DNA from: Eledone cirrhosa
Taxonomy: Eukaryota
Assembly (NCBI GenBank): GCA_964016885.1
Contig: OZ024759.1
Location: 24,490,001 to 24,554,000, forward strand
Reading direction: 5' to 3'
DNA length: 64,000 nucleotides
This document shows, one piece after another, positions 11,442-26,690 of the stretch (positions within the stretch are counted from its first letter, which is position 1; each line of letters starts with the position of its first letter). The notes beneath the pieces were generated by a model. It saw nothing but the letters and a program-made list of their open reading frames with translations, made no database searches and was not told the origin of the DNA. A program made the translations under genes and the position numbers.

Positions 11442-11622
11442 CGCAGTATTGGAAGAGGGTCGGACGCCATGGTTTGTAGCATAGAGTTACGGCCCTTTAT
11501 GATCTGAGTTCAAATCCCGCCGAGGTTAATTTTGCCTTTCATCCGTATGGGGTCGATAAAATAAAGTACCAGTAATACACGAGGATAATTGCTGGCCTTG
11601 TGCCAAAAGTAGAAACAATTAT
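11442..11622 (+). mobile_element. SINE family A
   Basis: B-box GAGTTCAAATCCC, conserved body, GGCCTTGTGCCAAAAGTAGAAAC tail. Confidence 0.9.
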
Positions 11623-11909
11623 ATAGCAGGTGATGGCAAATTATTTTTCTTTATATATATATAAAGAAAAAAAAAAAATTTATATATATATATAAAGAAA
11701 AATAATATATATATATATAAAGAAAAAAAAAAAATTTATATATATATATATAAAGAAAAATAATATATATATATATAAAGAAAAAAAAAAATATATATAT
11801 ATATATAAAGAAAAATAATAAATATATATATATATATATAGTGAAAACTGGAACGGGAACAAAAACAGAGAGGCAGTACAAACAAAGCTTTATTAGTTTC
11901 ACGCTCTTG

Positions 11910-13064
<1,155 letters not shown>

Positions 13065-13139
13065 GTAGAAATCCGTAGATGAAAGATGATGGAAAACATA
13101 CAATTTATCCCATAGAATTTATTCTATTCTTCTATCACT

Positions 13140-13225
13140 CATTCTAACATTGAAGGGCTAAAGCCCGAAACCCGTTAAGACTCTATTCCTACTATATCGA
13201 TGTTAAACAAATATATATCATCATC
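13140..13225 (+). mobile_element. Degenerate P5-like HHR element
   Basis: TGAAGGGCTAAAGCCCGAAACCCGTTAAGAC; stem II covaries with the 24572 copy; core damaged. Confidence 0.55.
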
Positions 13226-13260
13226 GTTCACTCAAAGAGGAAGAAGGAAAGTAGAAAAAG

Positions 13261-13540
13261 ATTACGGACATTTGGTTAGAATGTCACGGGAATGAATTGC
13301 TGGACAGATTTTCCGGTCAAAAATCAACCGGTATGAGACACAGGTGCAGTAAGATGGTTGGATAACATCCATGGACTCATCGTAACAGGTCACGCTTGAG
13401 GGTTCCGGAGGATCAATTGTAGATGGCTTCCTCTGACAGGACCAGCTGGAAGGAAGGAGTACTTCAAGACCCTCCCAGCAATAAGTGGGCGAAGAAGACA
13501 AAGAAGAAGAAGAAGAAGAAGAAGATGAAGATGAAGAAGA
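13261..13540 (+). mobile_element. RTE-like LINE 3' remnant with (GAA)n tail
   Basis: Broken frames give YGHLVRMSRE*IAGQIFRSKI, RWLDNI and DRTSWK. Confidence 0.6.
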
Positions 13541-14072
13541 GGTGGCTGTCTTGTTGGCCTTAATTGAAGTACCAGTTTTATCATTACAATGTTACCGAAA
13601 TCTTTATTCCTTAAAAGCGGATAGAGGATGAACCGTGCGCTAGGCGTTTACATTAATAAAGCGAGGGGGTTAGTGTTGTATTATATGTATTGTATTAGTT
13701 GAGTAAGGACCCTGGGTGTGAGAAGACAATAAATATATAAACAAATACATATATCAGATAATGTTCTGCGGATTTCCTGGACCCCTCTTGGAGTAGTAAA
13801 TGGTAAAATGGCCGTTTGGTTGTGTTTGTTTTTGTTATTTTTGGTTTATTGTTCCTTTTGATCGTTCTCTGTTGCTTCTTATTCCTGTTGATAGTTTAAC
13901 ATCAGAGAAATATTTATCCAAGCATTACGACTGTGTATATACACGGGGTAAGACGGAATATAAATACATACATACATTCATACATAATGGGGATTATATT
14001 TTTAAACACACACATATATATGTATGTATTGTGTATGTATTGTATATATGTATGTATTCATGAATGTATGTT

Positions 14073-14141
<69 letters not shown>

Positions 14142-14158
14142 ATGTATATGTGTTTGTG

Positions 14159-14189
<31 letters not shown>

Positions 14190-14287
14190 GTATATTTATA
14201 TTTATATATACATATAAATATGTATATACATTTAAATATGTATATACATTTTAATAAATATACATATATATATATATATATATAAAC

Positions 14288-14371
<84 letters not shown>

Positions 14372-15653
14372 ATATATGTATATAAGAGTTAAGAAGCTCT
14401 TGTTTAATAGCCTCTCTTCTAATTGGTATTGCAGTTCACATTATAATAACAGAGAAACTGAGGTAAACATAAGAAATAGGAAAGAGGCGGGGAGTAGAAA
14501 CATAAAAAGAAATATGGTAATGGTGGTGGTGGTGGTGATGGTGGCGGTGGCGGTGGTAGTGGTGGTGTTGGTGGTGATGGTGGTGATCCAACTGCGGAGG
14601 ATGATTAGTTAACCAGATGTAACAACTTGGTGGAAGTGAGGTTAAAATAAATATATTTCAAACAGAGTTTTTTTTTGTTTTTTTTTTTCGTGGTAGGTGC
14701 ATAGTAATAGAAGTAAAGATTTTTGCCATGCTAAGGGAGGTAGGGCATGGAGGGAAAGGCGTTTGTTTATTTGTTTATTTGCTATTTTTCTTCTTTTTAT
14801 CTGAAAGCCGAGTGTTTAGAAAGATTGCTGTTATTGCTGTTAATACTGTTGCTGCGTTAATGTTTCTCGATTGGCGCATTTGACGGATCTTTTTGTACCG
14901 CTTTCTTAACTATTTATAAAACCATTTAGAACACTCACAGATGCTTAATAGACGGGATAGATGACATCGGTAGCTCGGCGTGTGGCCTCTCTCTTCGACT
15001 ATTGTGTGACAATCATGCTGTGTCCGTAAAGAAGACAGTTTATTTGTTTATATATATTATTTATTATTTATCTATTTATCTATCTCTCTCTATATATATA
15101 TATTTGCTTTAATTTCCATTTGCCCAACCCAATAGGTAGGTGAGTGAGCTAGCAAGTGTATGCGTCCGGGCATGTGTATGTGTATGTATGTGCGTGCTTG
15201 TGTGTGTGGGTAAGAGAGAGAGAGAGAAAGATCTTTGGGTAAATGTTGGGATAGGTGAGTAGGGGAAGTATTAGGTTGTATGTAATTGCTCTGGAAATGC
15301 CTCGTTTGTGGTGGTAGCTTTGCGATCTTTATTTCCTTTTCTTTTTATGTTTGTCTTTTAATGTTTAAAAGGCATGGCAGATCTTTTAAAGTTGACGGCT
15401 GAGTTTCACTTTTTGCACTTGTCCGTGAATCAAATGTAACCGAAACATCGTTCTACACAAAGAGACAAAATAATATCCTGTCTAACACATTGAAAGATAG
15501 ACTTTACATATTTTATGTTTGCCGTTCTCTATCAATTATTGTGATGCCTGTGAAGAAGATCATGTTCACCGTAGCTCAGTCAGTAGGTGCCTATCTGACT
15601 CCATCACCTTGTATTTTATTTTTTTAATTCTTTTATTATTTTATTAGCCTCAA

Positions 15654-15910
15654 AGGCGGAGGATTAGCAGTATCGGTAGAGCCTTGGAAAACATGCTTTG
15701 CGGCGTGTAGCTACGGCCATTTGCATTCGGAGTTCAAATCTCGCCGAATATAGATTTACCTTTTATCCTTACCAGTAACGGACTGGGGTCGATTTAATTG
15801 CTGGCCTTGTGTCAAATGTAGGAACTATTATTTCAGTAGCTCAAAGAGTGGTGGACTGACAGTATAGATAGAGCTTTGGACAACATGCTTTGCGTGTAGT
15901 TACGACCCTA
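15654..15910 (+). mobile_element. SINE family A, degenerate, plus a second partial head
   Basis: GGCGGAGGATTAGCAGTATCGGTAGAG head, GAGTTCAAATC B-box, GGCCTTGTG tail. Confidence 0.75.
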
Positions 15911-16294
15911 CCTGCACACACATGCATGCATGTACATATGCATACATATCTACCTAGTTGATGTTGTCTAAATTCCAATGAGAGAGTGTTGTGTCTATGT
16001 TAGAAACCGACTCTCTATTGGTAAAAATATATAAAATTATAAAAGCAGAAGAACATACATACATAAATACACACACGATGATATACTGCAGTCTCCGTCT
16101 ACGAAATTCCACTCCAAGAGTTGAAACCCTTAATCACTTTACCACAGCCATGTCTGTGCCAATATTTTTCTTCTTCATATAAACAATAGAAGGACATCTG
16201 CTTGATCAAGGATCACGAGTTCGTATCTTATGCTTACATTTATTGTTGTTTAGCACTAGGTCAACTTAATGGAACATACACATAGTTTCTAGTT

Positions 16295-16547
16295 CCGTAA
16301 CTCTTGAGAGGATCGTAGGGGCACCGCATTGACGTACGGCGTTTCTAGGGCATTCTTTAAGCCTGGTGGAGCTCATGTGTATACATATATGTATATACAT
16401 ATATGGCCCTGAGTACAGCAGATTTCTTCCAGAGAAGGATGGAGATTGATTGAAAGGATATGAGAAAGAGGTATAGAGGAAGAATCGACATCAGTACTAG
16501 ACTGCTACTTTTTTATCGACCTTGAATGAATGAAAGGCAAAGTTGGC
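16295..16547 (-). mobile_element. SINE family A2 (same central domain, different 3' tail)
   Basis: Homologous to 21987-22185 and 58800-59110 (CCGTAAC...TTGACNTACRGCGTTTCTARGGCATT...CAGATTTCTTCCA). Confidence 0.75.
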
Positions 16548-16566
16548 ACGTGATACAAGGTCATTA

Positions 16567-16747
16567 TTGGCAGTATCAGTAGAGGGTCGGACGCCAAGCT
16601 TTCCAGCATAGTTACGTCCCTTTACGATCTGAGTTCAAATCCCGCCGAGGTTGACTTTGCCTTTCATCCTTACGGGGTCGATAAAATAAAGTACCAGTAA
16701 TGCACTGGGTGATTGCTGGCCTTGTGCCTAAAGTAGAAACAATTATT
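16567..16747 (+). mobile_element. SINE family A
   Basis: Near full-length head, body and tail, as at 11442. Confidence 0.9.
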
Positions 16748-16873
16748 TGTTAAGGTGGCTCAGTGGTGAGGGTATTGGACAGGTCATAACATTATACAAC
16801 TCTCTCCGCCGCTTTGGATATTTCCACAACGTTGTTAGTTTCTACAAATCTGTATAAAACTGTAATTCTTTCC

Positions 16874-17054
16874 CCCTTTAGCATTTAAACCGGTCGTATC
16901 CGGCCAGAATTCTCTCATCTATTTCTCCTCAACATAGATAATATCAAAATCACGTAGATTCGATATTATGAGATGTTAAGTTGATATTATGTGAGGCAAA
17001 GACTTTACAAAGAAAATATAATTGTAATTATAGAGTAATGTAAATGCTAAAGGG
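16874..17054. mobile_element. piggyBac-like MITE
   Basis: TIR CCCTTTAGCATTTA / TAAATGCTAAAGGG; CCC/GGG ends; TTAA target site degraded. Confidence 0.6.
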
Positions 17055-17488
17055 TTATGGTTCAGTAATATGTCTTGGTGAGGTCTGCGCCCCATGTGGC
17101 TGCCAAGTTGACCTACAGGCAGCGCAAGACCTGCATATTGGGCTACATTAACTGCCAGTTAATATATAGCTGTTGAAATGCTCAAATCGACTACAGACAC
17201 TTCATTGTGTATTTATTCCAGTATTTATTCTTTAATAGCCCTCAACATTTAAAATCCGGTTCTAGCTGGTATTTAACTCTCTATTGTTTGTATTTATTTA
17301 GTTATCTATATTTTAGACTTCTATTTTCAGTTGTTTATAATTAGCACCCTATTCTTAGCTGCCTATTTTTAGCTTCGACTAATTAGCTGTATATTTAGAG
17401 GTTCAGTTCTGGTGTCTATTTATAGCTGTGTCTATTTTTAGTTAACTCTCTTTAGCATCTCTCCCGCTCTCTTCCTATCTATCTGCCA

Positions 17489-17580
<92 letters not shown>

Positions 17581-17690
17581 ATATATATATAAGTGTATAT
17601 ATATATATATATATAATATATATATGTGTGTGTGTATATATATATATATATTTACATATATATATTTGTGTGTATATATATGTGTGTATG

Positions 17691-17727
<37 letters not shown>

Positions 17728-17776
17728 ATATCTATATATGTATGTGTATATATATATGTATGTGTGTATATATATA

Positions 17777-17827
<51 letters not shown>

Positions 17828-17868
17828 ATGTATATATTTATATCTATTTATGTGTATATATATGTGTG

Positions 17869-17969
<101 letters not shown>

Positions 17970-18516
17970 GTTTATATATATGTGTATATATATATATATA
18001 TACATGTGTGTGTGTGTATATATTTCTTTGTGGGCGTGGCATGTAGTTGACAGTGCCCTAAGCGTGGTCTAGTTTTATATACAAGTTTTCAACTTTCTTT
18101 ATATGTGAATATATATGCAGGAGTGACAATCTAACGCTAACATGTTTCTAAGGAAAGTCACTGTTGATGAGTTTGAAATAATTTTGAAAATATGCAAGAA
18201 TTTAGTAACATAACTTTCTCATTATTAAGCTGGTGTTTGAAACAAAATATAACTAAGAATTCTAAGATAAAATTGAAATGGAAGGTATTGTTAGTAAAAT
18301 ATCAATACTAAAATAAACAGATTTATAACAATCGATAAAATTGTCTTTTGAACCATTCTTATTACGTTTTTATTTATTAATGAATGTCAAAGAAAGTCTT
18401 TTACTCTGTGTGTTTTTGAAAAGCCAAAATCAATCAGAGGCATACGATTTATCTCCCTTGTTAGGTTTGGTGATTTAACCCCTATATATATATATAGGGG
18501 TTAAATCACCAAACCT

Positions 18517-18577
<61 letters not shown>

Positions 18578-18581
<4 letters not shown>

Positions 18582-18650
18582 TCGTCAAGTATGGAATTTG
18601 TAGACATTTGTAGAAAAAAACAAATTTCTACAAATTTCATATGCCCATAA
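18578..18650. mobile_element. Degenerate mariner-like MITE
   Basis: Same family as 58593-58676 (GGTCGTCAAGTATG.AATTTGTAGA / TTCTACAAATTTCATA). Confidence 0.6.
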
Positions 18651-18688
18651 TAAAGAATACATATATATATATATATAACCATAGTAAA

Positions 18689-18742
<54 letters not shown>

Positions 18743-19103
18743 ATCAGGATAAACATGTTATCGTTACTGCGGACGATGATGGTGATCATCATCATAATCA
18801 TCATCATCATCATCATCATCATTATCATCATCATCATTATAATTTAAATAAGTATATTAAGTAGTATACAAAAGAGCCCCCTCCTTGGCCACAGCCAATA
18901 ATTATGTGGTTAGGTTTGATCAAATTACGCTGCATTCATTAGAACAGTGATTTCATTCCACACTACGTTACATAACTAATAGTCTCTACTTTAACCGGCT
19001 GGATTATGGATACTTAAGCTTTAATTAAAATATCATAATTTCTTTATTGGCACATCAAATGTCACATCGGTGTCTCTGTGTCTCTATCTGTGTCTGTGTG
19101 CAC

Positions 19104-19155
<52 letters not shown>

Positions 19156-19281
19156 CAAGCTTTGTGTGAATAAAACACGCATCAAAAGCAACCTAACTCA
19201 CATGCACACGCACAGACACACACATATGTGTATATGTTTTTATATATAAATATATGTATGTATATATTTATATATATATAT

Positions 19282-19458
19282 ATAGGAAACAGTAAGACCC
19301 CGACGGCTGAGCTCAAGCCGTTTCGACGGCTAATTCAGAATTAGCCGTCGAAACGGCTTGAGCTCAGCCATCGGGGTCTTAGTGGTTCCTATTACCCACT
19401 CTACTACCCCAAGTATTGAGTACTTTGGTCCACCTGGTTCCTTACCACATTTCCTTCG

Positions 19459-19460
<2 letters not shown>
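19282..19460 (+). mobile_element. Fold-back P1 element
   Basis: Palindrome centred ~19336 plus tail ending CCACATTTCCTTCGTT, within (TA)n. Confidence 0.85.
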
Positions 19461-19496
<36 letters not shown>

Positions 19497-19693
19497 GTAT
19501 AATTATATATATATATATGTATATATATATATACATATATATATACATATATATACATTGTCTTGGCCTTATTACACATATTCTAACGTTTATATATATA
19601 TACATATATATACATACATATATATATATATAACAATGTATACACATATATATATACATATATATACATATATATATATACATATATATATAC

Positions 19694-19838
<145 letters not shown>

Positions 19839-20211
19839 GAGAGAGAGATGAACACAATCTTAAAACGCCAACAAACATACACAACATACTTTTAGCTAGG
19901 ATAGTAGCTTGTCATTCTGATGTCGCGTTTTAAAGGCGATAAATAATTGAAAATACACAAACACACACATTCACACATAACCCCCCCCCCTCTCTCTCTC
20001 TCGCTCTCTCGCTCTCTCTATATATATCTCTCAGACTCACACACTAACGCACATAGTGGCATGTTCATACTCTCCATCAGTAGTATACAGTTACGCACAT
20101 ACTGACACCCGCCGGGGAATTGCATATTCCATAGTCATATTTCAACCTTATGAAAAGATATTTAAAATGTGTATATATATATATATATATATATAGATAT
20201 AGATATATATA

Positions 20212-20315
<104 letters not shown>

Positions 20316-20333
20316 AATATATATATCTATACA

Positions 20334-20378
<45 letters not shown>

Positions 20379-20399
20379 ATAAATATATATATCTATACA

Positions 20400-20490
<91 letters not shown>

Positions 20491-20562
20491 ATATATAAAC
20501 TAATATATACAAATATCTATATCTATACATATATATATATATATATATACATAAATATATAC

Positions 20563-20625
<63 letters not shown>

Positions 20626-20642
20626 CATATCTATATATACAT

Positions 20643-20688
<46 letters not shown>

Positions 20689-20973
20689 ATATATGTGTAT
20701 ATATATATACATGTATATATATATATATATATATACATGTATATATATGTGTATATATATACATGTATATATATATGTGTATACATATATGTATATACAT
20801 ATATATACATATATACATATATTTATATGTATATATATATGTATATATATATGTATATATATATATGTATATATATATATATGTATATATATATATGTAT
20901 ATATGTATATATATGTATATACATATATATGTATATATATATGTATATATATATATATGTATATATATATAAG

Positions 20974-21023
<50 letters not shown>

Positions 21024-21024
21024 A

Positions 21025-21055
<31 letters not shown>

Positions 21056-21077
21056 TATATGTGTGTATATATATATA

Positions 21078-21177
<100 letters not shown>

Positions 21178-21986
21178 GTACACAATGTTGTTGCATTGTC
21201 ATCTAGTGTTCACTTTTACACATGTCCAACTTGATTTTTTTTTTGTCTGTATGTCTAAAAGAGTGTGCGCATGCGTGTGTATTTTTATGTTAGCAGAGAA
21301 ACCCTTTTTGTATATATTTTCTATAAATTTTTATTCTTTTTTTTTTTTTTTTTCGAAGAATTGCTTCACAACACACAAGGACATTATTTCAGGGCGGCCG
21401 TCTTGAGATGTGATGAAAGGACATCTGTTATAGCAACAGTTATCTAGTTAATACAAACAGATGAAAGTAATAGGATAGATTTGTGTTGTTATGTTGTTGT
21501 TGGTTGTAGCTTGCCGTTGTTGTTGTAGTTGCCGATGTTGTTGTGGTTGTTGTTGCTGTTGTTGTGGTTGCCGTCGTCGCCGTTTTTTTTTGTTACCAAA
21601 ATAGCAATAGCTTCTTATATGAGTCATGAAATCATGTTTTATAGACCTTTCACAGAAGAAATTCTGCTTTCAAGTAGCTTCTGTCGACAATTTCAATGGC
21701 CGTCTTCACCAACTCCGCCAGTTAACACCAACGATAGAACGTTGCCACTTAATAAAGACGAGTTGGAATGATGACAGTATAATCAACACCAATACCATCT
21801 TCAGCTACAGACGCATGTATGAATCTAACTAACTAACGCGCCAAGCAAAGGAGTCTGTATGTAAAGGTGGATAATACTTTTAGTAATTAGAGGTTAATTA
21901 ACCCTTTTAGTATCTTGTATAAATTAATAGTAGATATATATATATATATGACGGAATATGCGATAGATTTATGTATCTCTTGCCTT

Positions 21987-22185
21987 CCATAACGCCTTTG
22001 GGAGTCGTAAGGGCGCCATATTGACCTACGGCGTTTCTAGGGCATTTTTAAACAGTAGATTTCTTCCAGAGAATGATTGAGAGCGAGAAAATGGAAGTGA
22101 AAAAGACTTATAGAGGAAGATGCGACCCCAGTACTGGACTGGTAGCTTTTATCGACCTCGAATGGATGATAGGCAAAGATGACCC
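21987..22185 (-). mobile_element. SINE family A2 fragment
   Basis: Homologous to 16295-16547. Confidence 0.7.
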
Positions 22186-22192
22186 TAATTCA

Positions 22193-22320
22193 TAGCTGAC
22201 ACCTTCAAAATTTGCAAAACATTCTTACGATCCAGAGTATGATTATTTCTTTTCTTTTACAACCTTGCCACCAGGACGGTGTCTGGTGATAAATGTACAC
22301 GAAATTAAGAGAAAAGTAAA
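22193..22320 (+). mobile_element. 3' end of RLE-type non-LTR retrotransposon
   Basis: Reverse complement of ~44750-44875; encodes TFKICKTFLR. Confidence 0.7.
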
Positions 22321-22706
22321 CATACATATATACATACTTACATACATACATACACATACATACTTATAATATATATATGTATGTGCATTCATATATATAT
22401 ATATATGTGTGTGTTTGAATGTATGTTTGCATGTATAGATGTGTATATAAAACTGCATATACATATATGACGGTTGACATCTGTCGTTTGCAATGAGTAC
22501 TTCATATTATAACTGTTTAAAGCAAATCCACTCTATTTTACCCGCCCCCTCCTAGTCTTAGAGAAGTTAAAGTCTTTGAGGAAAATTAATTACCAAACAT
22601 TAATTTCAGGAATGTCACACAAGTATTTTCAAAGACAGGCTCTTTAGTGCCGCCTCACATTGTTAATAATGAATAATAATTAGTTTGTACACACACACAT
22701 AAATAT

Positions 22707-22767
<61 letters not shown>

Positions 22768-22927
22768 TATGTATATATATTGTATATATATATGTAAATA
22801 TATATATATAGTGTATGTATATATATATATATAAAAATAAATATAAATTGTGTATATATATATATATATTTTGTGTGTGTATAAGAGATGGCAACATGAA
22901 TCGACATGTTATTTTTCTCTAAAAAGA

Positions 22928-23095
22928 TGTTTTCCAATTCCACCCCGTCCGCCCCTTCAATCTTTCTAATTTCTCATTATTTGTTCTGGTGAAGGACTAG
23001 CGTCCGAAACGTTAAGACCCCTTCCTGCTATTTCAAGCGTTAACCTAATATATTCCTTCCATATACTGTACCGATTGTGTTGTTATTCCTGTTTA

Positions 23096-23098
<3 letters not shown>
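22928..23098 (+). mobile_element. P5 HHR element with mutated core (CTGGTGA)
   Basis: Highly similar to 24513-24685. Confidence 0.8.
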
Positions 23099-23152
<54 letters not shown>

Positions 23153-23156
<4 letters not shown>

Positions 23157-23573
23157 TGATATTCAATAAATGGAAACTATATTTATAAAACCATATTTAT
23201 TCTATTATATATATTTCAAGGGTACCAACATTTTGGTACGCTATCATCAGATAAAATACAAAATGTTTTATAAATATTTGACATAACTTAACGGTTCAAG
23301 TTATCCCTGGAAAGTTATCCCTTTCCAGGGATAACTTGAACCGTTAAGTTATGTCAAATATTTATAAAACATTTTGTATTTTATCTGATGATAGCGTACC
23401 AAAATTTTGGTACCCTTGAAATATATATAATAGAATAAATATGGTTTTATAAATATAGTTTCCATTTATTTAATATCAATGTATATTATACTCCAGATAC
23501 CTGTTGAGTGCTCTAAATCAATTATAAACATTTATATTTGTTGAATTACCAACAAATTGAATATCCCTTCTGC
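23153..23573 (+). mobile_element. Fold-back HHR element family P6
   Basis: ~162-bp arms 23153-23314 / 23321-23482 plus tail. Confidence 0.85.
23377..23437 (+). ncRNA. Type I hammerhead ribozyme (twin 23198-23258, minus)
   Basis: UAUUUUAU-CUGAUGA-stem II GUACCAAA/UUUGGUAC-GAAA-UAUAUA-UA-AUAGAAUA; base of stem II imperfect. Confidence 0.75.
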
Positions 23574-23574
23574 T

Positions 23575-23699
<125 letters not shown>

Positions 23700-23820
23700 T
23701 TCATTGACAAGGCTGTGATACATATTTCAATGACGACAGTGCCCACGTGATTTCACGCAATGATCATCTCATCTGATAGCTTCATTATGTAATGAGGTTA
23801 CGATCTCGAGACATTCCAAA
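23700..23820 (-). mobile_element. Diverged P9-family HHR fragment
   Basis: GCTGTGATACATATTTCAATG shared with 26156; core reads CAGAUGA. Confidence 0.6.
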
Positions 23821-24260
23821 CAAAAGCGGCCAGCGAACGGTCAAAAATAATGTTTTTGAAGCCTTCATTCGTTCCCTTATGAGCTTCAGTTCTCCTACAC
23901 AACTTTAGAGTAAGAGAGAGAGAGAGACTACGTAATCCGACAGTTGTACTCTGATGACCCCCGTTTCCCTATATGATTGAATGTTGTTAGTTGTTTGGTT
24001 AAAAGAGCTGTTTGAATGTAATTTATGGTTGCTGTGGTATCGTTTGGATGTTACGCCTGATTATCGGATTGTGCTTTGCTTCTTCTTGTATTCGAAGTTG
24101 ACATGGATTTGGTTTCGGTTTGTTTACGCGTTCTAAACATGGCAAATACAGACATATATATACAAACATATATGTATATATATGAATATATACCCCACTA
24201 TCAGGTCAAAATTTCTTTAGTCAAAATACGACGAAAGCTTCTATTTCTACTAGGTATCTA

Positions 24261-24295
<35 letters not shown>

Positions 24296-24299
<4 letters not shown>

Positions 24300-24477
24300 A
24301 TGTTTAACCCCGACGGCAGAGCTCAAGCCGTTTCGACGGCTATTTCTGGAATAGCCGTCGAAACGGCTTGAGCTATGCCGTCGGGGTTAAACATTTTCCT
24401 ATTACCCACTCTACTACCCTAAGTATTGAGTATCCTGGTGTGTTATGGTCCATCCGGTTCCTTACCACATTTCCTTC

Positions 24478-24480
<3 letters not shown>
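24296..24480 (+). mobile_element. Fold-back P1 element
   Basis: Palindrome centred ~24347 plus tail. Confidence 0.85.
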
Positions 24481-24512
<32 letters not shown>

Positions 24513-24685
24513 GTTTTTTCCAATTCCACCCCGCCCGTCCCTTCAATCTATCTAATTTTTCATTTTATCGTCTGATGAAGGACTAGCGTCCGAAACGTTA
24601 AGACCCTCTTCCTGCTATTTCAAGCATTAACCTAATATATTCCTTCCATATACTGTACCGATTGTGTTGTTATTTCTGTTTACCT
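24513..24685 (+). mobile_element. P5 element with minimal HHR motif at 24572-24604
   Basis: CUGAUGA-A-GGAC(uagc)GUCC-GAAACGUUA; stem III palindrome AACGUU; stem I weak. Confidence 0.75.
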
Positions 24686-24687
24686 TT

Positions 24688-24743
<56 letters not shown>

Positions 24744-24835
24744 CGCGCGCGCGCACACGCACACACATACACACACATGTATATATATATGACATGCATG
24801 ATAGATTTTTCAGTGCTGGTGTTGATATAAAGAAA

Positions 24836-24993
24836 TAATTGTTTCTACTTTAGTCACAAGGCCAGCAATTACCCAGTACATTACTGGTACTTTATTTTAT
24901 CGACTCCCGTAAGGATGAAAAGCAAAGTCAACCTCGGCGGGATTTGAACTCAGATCGTAAAGGGACGTAACTATGCTGGAAAGCATGGCGTCC
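24836..24993 (-). mobile_element. SINE family A
   Basis: Reverse complement of the 16567 copy. Confidence 0.9.
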
Positions 24994-25168
24994 AGAAATA
25001 ATCAACACCAACAGTGTACAGGGAGTGCAGAGAGCCGGTCGGAATTCCAGAAAGCACTTTAGAAGTACATATACATTTATGTAAAAGATGTAAACGTATA
25101 AGATTAAGTGTATATTGGAGTGGAAACCCCTTCACATTCTGATGCACACATACACACACACACACACT

Positions 25169-25200
<32 letters not shown>

Positions 25201-25404
25201 CGCTTATACATATATATATATATATATGTGTGTGTATGTATCTGTGTGTGTGTGTATGTTCAAGTATGTGTTAGTGTGTGTGCATAAATATTTACCGTCA
25301 AGTTAATAAGTGCATGTCATAAGTGAATAATTAATCAAATCAATTTAGTAGGATACATTTTCATGAGCATACTGATTAGTTCGAGTAGTGCATGTATTTC
25401 AATA

Positions 25405-25482
<78 letters not shown>

Positions 25483-25554
25483 CATACATATATATATATA
25501 TATATATACATACATATATATATATACATACATATATATATACATATATAAATG

Positions 25555-25589
<35 letters not shown>

Positions 25590-26029
25590 AATTATTATTT
25601 TTATATAAAACATAACTGTTAAGGATGGTCTTACTATTTTTTAATTATAATTACCAATACTTCTTTATATATTCATGTATATATATATATATATATGTAT
25701 GTATATATGTTTCTTTGTGTGTACGTATGTGCGTGTGTGTATATACAAGTGCATGAAGGCTTTTTTCTGTGTCCGTGTATATATATATATATGTATATAT
25801 GTGTAGCTATATATATGCATGTATGTTGTTGTGTATGTTTGATACATAATCATTTGATAACATAATAATTGGTAATGTAATGGAGACCGACGTCTCACGG
25901 AGTAGAAGGACGTCTTACTCGTCTCGTCGAAAGATGGAGAAGGCACGGAGTAACTACAGTTTCATGTTTGCCCTGCTTCTTCCTGGCAGAATTTACACAC
26001 ACATTTATATACATATATAAATGTGTACT

Positions 26030-26475
26030 TAAGGTAAATATTGATGCAATTCAAATCAAGCACTCAACGTACTTATTCCACATAGGAGTGACGGAGTATG
26101 TATCGAATAAGAAAAAGCGAAGTAGTTTCAGATGTTAAAGTCCTTTAATGATAATGCTGTGATACATATTTCAATGGCGACAGTGGCCACACGGTTCCGT
26201 GCGCCAGTGCCGCAAAATTGTCAGACAGCTTGTTACATAATAAGGTTATGTTTCCGAGGCAATCCAAATTGAATCGACATGGGAACGGACAAAGAGTCCC
26301 TTGTCGATTCAATTTGGATTGCCTCGGAAACATAACCTTATTATGTAACAAGCTGTGTGACGATGTCGCGGCACTGGCGCACGGAACCGTGTGGCCACTG
26401 TCGCCATTGAAATATGTATCACAGCATTATCATTAAAGGGCTTTAACATCTGAAACTACTCGCTTTTTCTTATTC
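26030..26475 (-). mobile_element. Fold-back HHR element family P9
   Basis: ~175-bp arms 26105-26279 / 26302-26475; HHR fold 26352-26425 (GCUGU/ACAGC stem I, GAAA-UAUGUA-UC); tail on the left. Confidence 0.85.
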
Positions 26476-26539
26476 TATATAAATATGTAAATAGATACGT
26501 ATTTTTATATATACATACATACACATGTATGTGTGTGTG

Positions 26540-26609
<70 letters not shown>

Positions 26610-26612
<3 letters not shown>

Positions 26613-26690
26613 ATCCTGGGTTCAATCTGCATTCCTGATGATTTCTCCCGAATAAAATAGTTCTAGTCCTTTAGAATCCATTTCTATATT
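26610..26690 (+). mobile_element. P3-family HHR copy, GAAA mutated to AAAA
   Basis: CCTGATGATTTCTCCCGAATAAAATAGTTCTAGTCC; another degenerate copy at ~28765-28825 (minus). Confidence 0.7.
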
